A DNA stretch of 62,517 nt from NCBI GenBank assembly GCA_946648015.1, contig CAMPCZ010000001.1, positions 1-62,517 of the forward strand, given 5' to 3'. This document shows, in pieces, positions 55,469 to 62,517 of this stretch. The stretch is from an uncultured Clostridia bacterium (GTDB lineage: Bacteria; Bacillota; Clostridia; Christensenellales; CAG-1252). Position 1 is the first letter of the stretch. Every line of letters starts with the position of its first letter. A model generated the notes under the pieces. That model was given only the letters and a program-made list of their open reading frames with translations, did not search any database and was not told the origin of the DNA. The position numbers and the translations under genes are program-made.

Positions 55469-57994
55469 ATGAAAAAATTGAATAAAAAAGCTTTTACCAT
55501 CGTAGAGTTGGTAATCGTCATTGCCGTCATCGCCATTTTGGCGGCGGTTTTGATCCCCACCTTTGCCAACCTTATTCGCAAAAGTAGAGTCAGCACCGAC
55601 TCTCAACTCATTCGCAACCTCAATACGGCTTTGTCCGAGAGTAGAGTTAATGCGGAGCACGCCACTATGACCGATGCGTTGGATGCCGCCGCCGAATACG
55701 GTTTCGACGTGGCCAAGATCAATGCTAAGGCCAAAAATAACGAGATCCTTTGGGATAGCGTCAACGACGTGTTTTGTTATCTGAACGACGGACGTATCGA
55801 ATATTTGCCCGACAGCGTGAAAGAGGGCAAAAAACTCGAAGCCACCGACTATCGTTTGTGGAAGATCTATAACGCCGCGCCCAAAGCGGACGACACCTAC
55901 TCTATCTACGTGGCCAGTCAAGCAGCCGCCGACTACGTGGCCGCCAACGACGTGGCAGTAGGTGTAGACTGCGGCAACTTTGCCAATGACGTCAGTTATA
56001 AGAACGCCGGCGCCGCCAAGACCGACGTGGTCATTCGCACCAACGGTGGCAACCTGACCGTCGACGCTCCCGGCGACGTCGTCAATCACTACGGTGACGC
56101 CGAGGTGGTCAATATCATCGCCGTTGCCTCGGCCTCTTATCACGAATTCGGCGGTGTGGCGTTTGCCGATATCGCAAAGGGCCGCATTGTGTTGGAAGCC
56201 CAAGCGGATGTCAATCATATCCACGTTACCGCCAAAGAAAACGGACAAGAGTTCGACGAAGTTATTATTGCCACGACCAATGTTACCGCACTGCCCACGC
56301 TCAGCCGTGACGACGTGGAGATCGCCGACGGCGGCACACTGGTAGTAGCGTTGGAGTACGGCAGCAACACCGACTATGTGTGGCTGACCAAACAAGGTAT
56401 CTACGAGCAAATCAAAGTTTCCGACAGCAAGGAGTCGGCGGGCACCGTGTGGGTGGACGACAGCAGCAATTCCGCCAGCACGCAAGAGGCCGCCAAGCAA
56501 ATTGCCAACAACATTGGCCGCGACGAGAGCGGCAAAGTGGCCGCAACGGTAACCATCGCCGAGGACGAGTATTCCATTACGCTCGACGAGGATAGAAACA
56601 TCGTCGTCAAGGACGCCTCTGACGCCGTCGTTACCGCGCAAGACGTGGTGAACGCCGCCACCGCCGGCGCGGTGGAAGTCGTGGCGGACAAAGAGTCGCA
56701 ACAAATCGGCGCCACGCTGTTTGCCGGCGGTACCGGCTCGGAGAGCGATCCTTTCCTCGTTGTCGACTATGACACATTCCAAAACATCGGCACTTTCTAT
56801 GACAAGGGCTACTACTTCTTCAAAGTCAAAGACGGCGTCAGCACGCTCGATCTGCGCAATTGGGTACCCGTCAATATGAATGGTAGCTTTGAGGGCAACA
56901 ACGTCAGCATTATCAACCTCGACAAGGCCTTGTTTGCGGATGTAAAAGGCGACAAAGTGTCCATCTCCAATATGGATATCGTGGCAAACATTTCTGTCTC
57001 CGGCGGCGTGAGCGCGGTGGTAGGCGACGATTGCAACTCGTTGACCCTTGTCATCGACAACGTAGACGTCCATGGCACGATAGTGGGTGCAAGTTGGGTC
57101 GTGTCCTATGTCGTATTTGGCCCCGGCCCCGCTTATGCGTGGAATCTCACCATCAAGAATTCCATCTCCGACGCGACGTTGGTAGCCACCAGCGGCAGCG
57201 CCTCGGGCTTTGTCGGCCACCCCTACGACGACGTGTCGAACGGCTCGGTCAACGGCTCGTCGTTGATCAACATCGTCGACTCGGCGTACGTGGGCAATAT
57301 GACGGCAACCGGGGCTGTGACGGGGACGAAATTCAAATATTTCACCATCAACGGCAATATCAACAGGGTGAGAACGAGCTACAGCGACGCCTTTGTGGCG
57401 GAGTTGGGCTACGACCCCGAGGGGACCTTGTATGCCACGCCTACCACCGGCTATGACAACAAGGGCAAAGCGAATGAGGTCGTATATGAAGTAGTTGTAA
57501 ACGAGGACGGCTCCAAAACTTTCTTGTGCGGCAACTATGGCAAGAATATGGTTGATAACTACAAGCCCGCCGCCAAAAAAGCCGTATTGAACACTACGGC
57601 GCAAGCAACGCTTCCCGCCAACGTGGGTGATACGTTTACCGTCAAAAAGGTGTCCGGCGCGGTCAAAGCCGTGGCTAGCTTGCAAATCGCTCCTAACGAC
57701 AAAAACAACTACGGCAGCTATCTCGGCACCTATTTGACCGAAGAGATCGACATCTCGGGCGTGGCCACGGGTGCGACTTTCAGCACGGAACAGGTCAAAT
57801 ACTTTACCATCAACATCAATAGCGGCGTGACCAAAAAGACCGGTGTCAGCGGCAACATATTCAACGTAGTCAACGATTACTATGGCAAAAACGCACACAA
57901 CGGCGCAACGGTGCAGGTGGTGCAATTCGACGCCAACGGCAACGTTTTGAATATTACGTCCATCAAAATTGCGTCCGCGCATGCGGCGGAGTAG
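55469..57994 (+). CDS. Giant modular type IV pilin-like protein 1 (841 aa)
   Basis: RBS AAAGGAGA. N-terminus MKKLNKKA-FTIVELVIVIAVIAILAAVLIPTF (class III signal with Ala at -1, Glu at +5), followed by about 800 aa including GTGSESDPFLV and repetitive beta-rich segments. Confidence 0.9.
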   Translation: MKKLNKKAFTIVELVIVIAVIAILAAVLIPTFANLIRKSRVSTDSQLIRNLNTALSESRVNAEHATMTDALDAAAEYGFDVAKINAKAKNNEILWDSVNDVFCYLNDGRIEYLPDSVKEGKKLEATDYRLWKIYNAAPKADDTYSIYVASQAAADYVAANDVAVGVDCGNFANDVSYKNAGAAKTDVVIRTNGGNLTVDAPGDVVNHYGDAEVVNIIAVASASYHEFGGVAFADIAKGRIVLEAQADVNHIHVTAKENGQEFDEVIIATTNVTALPTLSRDDVEIADGGTLVVALEYGSNTDYVWLTKQGIYEQIKVSDSKESAGTVWVDDSSNSASTQEAAKQIANNIGRDESGKVAATVTIAEDEYSITLDEDRNIVVKDASDAVVTAQDVVNAATAGAVEVVADKESQQIGATLFAGGTGSESDPFLVVDYDTFQNIGTFYDKGYYFFKVKDGVSTLDLRNWVPVNMNGSFEGNNVSIINLDKALFADVKGDKVSISNMDIVANISVSGGVSAVVGDDCNSLTLVIDNVDVHGTIVGASWVVSYVVFGPGPAYAWNLTIKNSISDATLVATSGSASGFVGHPYDDVSNGSVNGSSLINIVDSAYVGNMTATGAVTGTKFKYFTINGNINRVRTSYSDAFVAELGYDPEGTLYATPTTGYDNKGKANEVVYEVVVNEDGSKTFLCGNYGKNMVDNYKPAAKKAVLNTTAQATLPANVGDTFTVKKVSGAVKAVASLQIAPNDKNNYGSYLGTYLTEEIDISGVATGATFSTEQVKYFTININSGVTKKTGVSGNIFNVVNDYYGKNAHNGATVQVVQFDANGNVLNITSIKIASAHAAE

Positions 57995-58056
57995 TTCGCA
58001 TAAAACGTCCGGCGCCTAGGCCAAGCAAGTCTTGCTTGCCTTGGCGTGCCAAACCC

Positions 58057-58087
58057 GATCCCCCGACCTCGTCGGGGGATTTTTTTG
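58057..58087 (+). terminator. Rho-independent terminator after giant pilin 1
   Basis: ATCCCCCGAC-CTC-GTCGGGGGAT followed by T6. Confidence 0.85.
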
Positions 58088-58165
58088 CCGGATACGTTGG
58101 GCTAAAGCGGCCGAATATGCGTCAAAGCAATTTGTGTCAAAGCACTTGCACTACGTGCGCGCATA

Positions 58166-58174
58166 TGCTATAAT
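58166..58174 (+). promoter_or_regulatory. Extended -10 element TGCTATAAT for the second cassette
   Basis: Exact TGnTATAAT 31 nt upstream of the ATG at 58205. Confidence 0.5.
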
Positions 58175-58204
58175 ATTGTAAGTAACTGCGATATAAGAGG
58201 AATT

Positions 58205-58642
58205 ATGTTGTTAGCGATATGCTTTTTGTTCAATGTATTGATCGTCGTGTATTTCGGCGTGACCAAGCGCAGGGCGTTGTGCGCCTTGTATGCGCTTGCT
58301 TTGGGCATTTTCGCTATTATGATGGCGTTCCCCTTCGACACCGTAGATGGCGTGGCGTTTTGGGCGAGGATTTTCGGCGATTCGGTATACGACGCCGCTC
58401 CCTGGATAGCGGAAACCTACGCGCAGACCATCGTCACTCCCTACCTGGGGTTGGAGCTGCTTTCCCTCATTTTGGCGGTGGTCTTCACCCTCAAAGCAGC
58501 CGAAAATGTGTATTATCTGTGCCGCTCCAAACAGAGCGCGCGTTTCAACAAATCCATTGTGCCGCGTGCCATGCGTGCGCGCAAAGTCTCGTTCGACTTC
58601 GTCCAAAAGAGGTATTTGGCCTTTTGCTCTATTTTGTGTTGA
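58205..58642 (+). CDS. Small 3-TM membrane protein, paralogue C of the pilin-associated family
   Basis: RBS AAGAGGA. MLLAICFLFNVLIVVYFGVTKRRALCALYALALG.... Tail ends QKRYLAFCSILC. Confidence 0.8.
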   Translation: MLLAICFLFNVLIVVYFGVTKRRALCALYALALGIFAIMMAFPFDTVDGVAFWARIFGDSVYDAAPWIAETYAQTIVTPYLGLELLSLILAVVFTLKAAENVYYLCRSKQSARFNKSIVPRAMRARKVSFDFVQKRYLAFCSILC

Positions 58643-58701
58643 GTGAGCGTATAAACGACCGAAACAACTCACACTAAAATAAGACAAAAAGGAGAAAAAT
58701 C

Positions 58702-61146
58702 ATGAAAAAATTGAATAAAAAAGCTTTTACCATCGTAGAGATGGTAGTCGTCATCGCCGTCATAGCCGTTTTGGCCGCGGTTTTGATCCCCACCTTTGCC
58801 AGTTTGATTCGCAAAAGTAGAGTCAGCAACGACTCGCAACTCATTCGCAACCTCAACACCGCTTTGTCCGAGAGCAAGATCAATTCGGAACACGCCACTA
58901 TGACCGACGCTTTGGCTGCCGCCGCCGACTACGGCTTCGACGTGGCCAAGATCAATGCCAAAGTCAAGGAAAACGAAATTCTGTGGGATAGCGCCAACGA
59001 CGTATTCTGCTACCTCAACGAGGGCAAGGTCGAGTATTTGCCCGACAGCGTAAAGGATAGCGACAAATTGGCCGCCACCGACTATCGTTTGTGGAAGATC
59101 TATACCGACGCTCCCAAAGCGGAAGACACCTATTCTATCTACGTGGCGGGTCAAGCCGCCGCCGACTATGTGGCCGCCAACGACGTGGCCGTTAGCGTGG
59201 ATTGCGGCAACTACGCCGTGTCGAGCGTTAGCTACAAAAACACCGGCGCCGCCAAGACCGACGTGGTCATTCGCACCAACAGTTTGCTCACCGACGTTAC
59301 CGTCAACGCGCCCCTCGACGAAGTGGCCCACTATGGCAAAGCCAAGAGCGTCAACGTGGTGGCCGTTAAGCCCAGTAGCTACAGCGAAAAAGGCACCGTT
59401 AGCTTCCTCGAAGTGACCGAGGGCCGCGTGGTGCTTGCCAAAGAGGCTGTGGTCGACACCCTCTATCTCAACAAACAAGCCGACACCAATACCTTTGCCA
59501 ACATCACCATCAAGGTCGATGCCGGCGCCACGATGCCCGAAGTCAAGCGTGACAGCGTGGGCACCGCTTTGGGCGACGAACTCGTCAAAGTGTGCGTGGT
59601 CGAAACCGCCGAAAAGACCGAAACCATCTACCTCAAGGGCAATGGTACCATCGAGGACGAAAAGGTGTACGTCTCTACCACCGGCAACGCCAACGATGCC
59701 GTAGCCGTGACCGAAGTGACCGCTTCGGCCACCGCCAAGCAAATTGCCAACGCCAAAGAGGGCGACGCGGTCGTGGATAACGGCAACACCGCCGAGCAAA
59801 AAGCCGAGGTCAAAGAAACGGTGGAGGAAACCGCCATTTCCAACGAGGTTGTGGCCCAAGCAGAGGAGGACGGCAAGGACTACGAAGCGCGCGTCGGCAC
59901 CGTGGGCTATGACAGCTTTGTCGAAGCCGTCAAGACCGCTACCGCCGGTCAAACCGTCACCTTGCTCAAAGACGTTACGTTGGGCAAATGGTCCGCTTCC
60001 GACAACGTGGCCGTGGCAGTCAACAAAAATTTGACCATCGACGGCAACGGCCATACCATCGCCACCTCCGCCGGCCGTGGTATTTGGGTGAGCGCCGGCA
60101 ACGTCGCGTTGACCGTCAAGAACTTGACCTTGAAGGGTACCGCCGATACGTTCTCCAATCCTATGGAGCGCGGCGTGCAAGTCAATGGCAATATGGCCAA
60201 CTGCACCCTCAATATCGTCAACTGCAACATCGACGCCAAATTGTATGCTATCAACATCTGCAACGGCGGTGACAACGTGTCCGTCAGCATCAGCGGCTCT
60301 ACCATTCAAGGTTGGTCTGCTCTGCAAACTTGGTCCAATGGCTACACCTTCACCGTAAAGGATTCTACCTTGATCGGCGTCAACTACACCGGCGACAAAA
60401 CGTACGCCTTTGCCACCGTATGTTTGGAGGGTGATTCTACCAACCAAACCACGTTGCATTCGTCCAATAACGTGGTGCGCATCAGCAATACCACGTTGCG
60501 TGCCGACAACCCCGGCGACGGTCGCACCAATGGCCAATATATCGTCGGCTTCAATAGCCTTAGCGAGAACAACACCGTAGAGTTGGTGGATTGCACCGTG
60601 GTGGTCGACGCCGCCATAGGCCGCTTGTCCTACAACAATGGCACCAACAACAGCCTGACCTTTGTCGGCGGCACCTACAATGCGGATCCTGCCGCCTATG
60701 TCAAAGCGGGCTATGCCACGCACGCCAACGGCGACGGCACCTACACTGTGGTAGAGGCCGGCTTTAAGGTGGACGTTACCTATGCTTATAGCAATATAAC
60801 CGCCGATCCCTCCACCTACGACGTGGTTTACGTGGACGCTTGGAACGGTTGGGGTATGCAAGGTATGCAGGATGCCGAAGGCAACTACTGCCCGCAATAT
60901 TTGGCAGGCAACGATACCACGTTGTATCGCGATCTCAGCATTGCCGAGGGCCAAGACGGCGACTGGGTCAGCGGCCAAGATATGGCTACAACCTTTGTTG
61001 GCTACTATGCTAACGCCAGTTATAGGGCTTGGGCAACGAAATTCTTGTTCTACGAGAACGAGCACGTCGTATCCTACTACTTCGAGACCGAGGCCGAGGC
61101 CGACGCTTTCGTCGCCGAAGTCGGCGGTGTAAAAGCTGCGCTGTAA
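58702..61146 (+). CDS. Giant modular type IV pilin-like protein 2 (814 aa) with parallel beta-helix-like C-terminal module
   Basis: MKKLNKKA-FTIVEMVVVIAVIAVLAAVLIPTF. The first 195 or so aa closely match pilin 1. Later come periodic NLTIDGNGHTI, VKNLTLKG, NIVNCNI, ISGSTIQG, VKDSTLIG, ISNTTLRA segments. Confidence 0.9.
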   Translation: MKKLNKKAFTIVEMVVVIAVIAVLAAVLIPTFASLIRKSRVSNDSQLIRNLNTALSESKINSEHATMTDALAAAADYGFDVAKINAKVKENEILWDSANDVFCYLNEGKVEYLPDSVKDSDKLAATDYRLWKIYTDAPKAEDTYSIYVAGQAAADYVAANDVAVSVDCGNYAVSSVSYKNTGAAKTDVVIRTNSLLTDVTVNAPLDEVAHYGKAKSVNVVAVKPSSYSEKGTVSFLEVTEGRVVLAKEAVVDTLYLNKQADTNTFANITIKVDAGATMPEVKRDSVGTALGDELVKVCVVETAEKTETIYLKGNGTIEDEKVYVSTTGNANDAVAVTEVTASATAKQIANAKEGDAVVDNGNTAEQKAEVKETVEETAISNEVVAQAEEDGKDYEARVGTVGYDSFVEAVKTATAGQTVTLLKDVTLGKWSASDNVAVAVNKNLTIDGNGHTIATSAGRGIWVSAGNVALTVKNLTLKGTADTFSNPMERGVQVNGNMANCTLNIVNCNIDAKLYAINICNGGDNVSVSISGSTIQGWSALQTWSNGYTFTVKDSTLIGVNYTGDKTYAFATVCLEGDSTNQTTLHSSNNVVRISNTTLRADNPGDGRTNGQYIVGFNSLSENNTVELVDCTVVVDAAIGRLSYNNGTNNSLTFVGGTYNADPAAYVKAGYATHANGDGTYTVVEAGFKVDVTYAYSNITADPSTYDVVYVDAWNGWGMQGMQDAEGNYCPQYLAGNDTTLYRDLSIAEGQDGDWVSGQDMATTFVGYYANASYRAWATKFLFYENEHVVSYYFETEAEADAFVAEVGGVKAAL

Positions 61147-61165
61147 TCGTAGTATTCGGCTACAA

Positions 61166-61199
61166 AAGGGAAATCCCGCACAGGGATTTCCCTTGTTTG
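61166..61199 (+). terminator. Rho-independent terminator after giant pilin 2
   Basis: GGGAAATCCC (61168-61177) pairs with GGGATTTCCC (61183-61192), followed by TTGTTTGT. Confidence 0.8.
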
Positions 61200-61221
61200 T
61201 AGCAGTCGGAGGAGTTTTATT

Positions 61222-61749
61222 TTGAACAAAAAAATATGGATTATTATCGTAGGCGTCGTTGCGGTGCTTGCCGTGGCGGCCGCTATCACCGTGCCTCTCG
61301 TGTTGCACGCCAATGCGCAAAAACAAGAGGAAGTGCGCAAGAGCGAGGAACGACAGCGCACCTTGGACGAACAATTGGACGCGATCTATGCCTTGTACGA
61401 GGCGGACGGCGCCGACGGCGTGGTCAGCCCCGATGCCTATCGCCATATCGAGGGACAATACGACGTGGAAATAGGCGTCAACTTCGAGTCCGACAATCTT
61501 TTGTCCAAGAGCGAAGTGATGCTGGGCAAAGAGGAAAACGGCACGGTTTCGCTCTACGTTTTCAAAGATGGGCATTGGCAATACAAGTCCAACGACCCCG
61601 TGCCCGCCGACTCCTACGCGTTTCACGTTGCCAAATACGTGGCGTCGTCCACGCTCTCCCTTGCGGCGATCACCGCCGCCCCGCATAGCGAGGTTTTCCC
61701 CTCCTATACCTACCTGACGTATGGCGGGTATAGGGTGTATGCAGCCTGA
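61222..61749 (+). CDS. N-terminally anchored protein of unknown function (175 aa), TTG start
   Basis: RBS GGAGGAG 8 nt before the TTG. NKKIWIIIVGVVAVLAVAAAITVPLVL anchor. Confidence 0.7.
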   Translation: MNKKIWIIIVGVVAVLAVAAAITVPLVLHANAQKQEEVRKSEERQRTLDEQLDAIYALYEADGADGVVSPDAYRHIEGQYDVEIGVNFESDNLLSKSEVMLGKEENGTVSLYVFKDGHWQYKSNDPVPADSYAFHVAKYVASSTLSLAAITAAPHSEVFPSYTYLTYGGYRVYAA

Positions 61750-61756
61750 CGGCGGA

Positions 61757-62340
61757 GTGCCGCGACTATTTGCTAAGTGCTCCTGTTGTCGCACTTATGC
61801 CTTATCGTCGGGCACTCCTCTTCGGTTGCACGTCTTTCCCTGTCGGGAGTACGCGCAACCGTTTTTTCGCCTACGGCTCGTCGTCGTGCCGCGACTATTT
61901 GCTAGGTGCTCCTTCGTCGTGCCTCGACTGTTTGCCAGTTGCTCCTATCGTCGCACCTGTGCCTTATCGTCGGGCACTCCTCTTCGGTTGCACGTCTTCC
62001 CTGTCGGGAGTACGCGCAACCGTTTCGCCTTCGGCGCTTGGTATAGTTGAAGTTGCTTTATCAAAGAGTAGAGTATGACGTATTTTCCGTGGGTTGTTTT
62101 ATGAGTACGCACCGCCGTTTTGCCTTTGGCTCTTGGTATAGGGGTTAGTTGCTCTACCAATGTGTAGTCGCTGTATGTAATCGTATTGCCTTTGGCTTTT
62201 GGTATGAGTGTAGATGGCTACATAAAGTGTAGTCGTTTTGTATGACTGCTCTTTTGAAATTGGATTTTGGTATAAGTGGAGTTGTTGTATCAAAGCGTAG
62301 TGGAGTGGGATTTGTGGCAAGTATGGTTGCTGCACTCTCA
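61757..62340. repeat. Degenerate tandem repeat array (non-coding), GC-rich copies decaying into AT-rich copies
   Basis: 33-34-nt units beginning GTGCC(G/T)CGACT(A/G)TTTGC at 61757, 61886 and 61919. A near-identical block of about 75 nt, GCAC(T/C)T(A/G)TGCCTTATCGTCGGGCACTCCTCTTCGGTTGCACGTCTT..GGGAGTACGCGCAACCGTTT, at 61791 and 61953. Related TTGGTAT(A/G)-headed units at 62038, 62133, 62199 and 62267. Confidence 0.8.
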
Positions 62341-62435
62341 ACTGTAAGAAGTTTAATTACAACAATAATATTTGAAATAAAGTAACTTTTATGATAAAAT
62401 ATACATATAAACACTTGACGTATAGGGAGAGTGCG

Positions 62436-62517
<82 letters not shown>

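Noticed and set aside
53620-55565. Inverted homologous pilin 5' ends (minus-strand major pilin versus plus-strand giant pilin 1) as a possible invertible promoter or shufflon segment.
   Set aside because: The similarity is mainly at the protein level. The longest exact nucleotide matches I could find are about 14 nt, no recombinase gene is nearby, and there are no flanking inverted-repeat sites.
61757-62340. Possible CRISPR array, given repeat-spacer-like periodicity of 66-95 nt.
   Set aside because: The repeats are not exact, the unit lengths and spacings are irregular, the 'spacers' are themselves related to one another, and there are no cas genes in the window. I report it as a degenerate tandem repeat instead.

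Overview
62.5-kb high-GC chromosomal segment from an endospore-forming Bacillota (Firmicutes) lineage, judged from Spo0A, an initiator tRNA-fMet and a T-box leader. I support about 55 CDS, 1 tRNA, 1 T-box leader, a dozen rho-independent terminators and a few promoter-like elements. I saw no rRNA, CRISPR array, cas gene, transposase or integrase. Layout: (i) 0.1-21 kb holds a housekeeping and accessory mix. It includes spo0A, malic enzyme, radC, a TetR-esterase operon, thiamine diphosphokinase, a T-box-controlled Na+/solute symporter, a DEDDh exonuclease plus NUDIX pair, and a response regulator divergent from a STAS-kinase-HATPase fusion coupled to a PHP phosphoesterase. (ii) 21.6-28.0 kb is a single 2159-aa lipoprotein gene. 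(iii) 29.8-36.0 kb is a terminator-bounded five-gene minus-strand operon. It is led by a class-I release-factor paralogue that keeps GGQ but lacks the codon-recognition segment, followed by a UvrD-like SF1 helicase. (iv) 36.2-41.4 kb carries a lysophospholipase-like hydrolase, a GPH/MFS symporter and an M20 peptidase. (v) 41.4-54.4 kb is one long, tightly packed minus-strand gene string. It runs small membrane protein, major pilin, three minor pilins, PilM-like, PilC, PilB, then unassigned 917-aa, 189-aa and 99-aa proteins and a MacB-type ABC transporter. (vi) 54.9-61.2 kb is a tandemly duplicated two-gene cassette of a small 3-TM protein plus a giant 814-841 aa protein with a type IV prepilin N-terminus. 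(vii) 61.75-62.5 kb is non-coding degenerate tandem repeats, then a truncated ORF whose first codons are a (GACA)n tract. The most unusual content is the pilus-like locus with giant modular pilins, a paralogous small membrane protein ahead of every pilin transcription unit, and unassigned large proteins coupled to pilB. Second is the release-factor-like/helicase operon. All functional calls rest on motifs read by eye from the translations. No searches were run.
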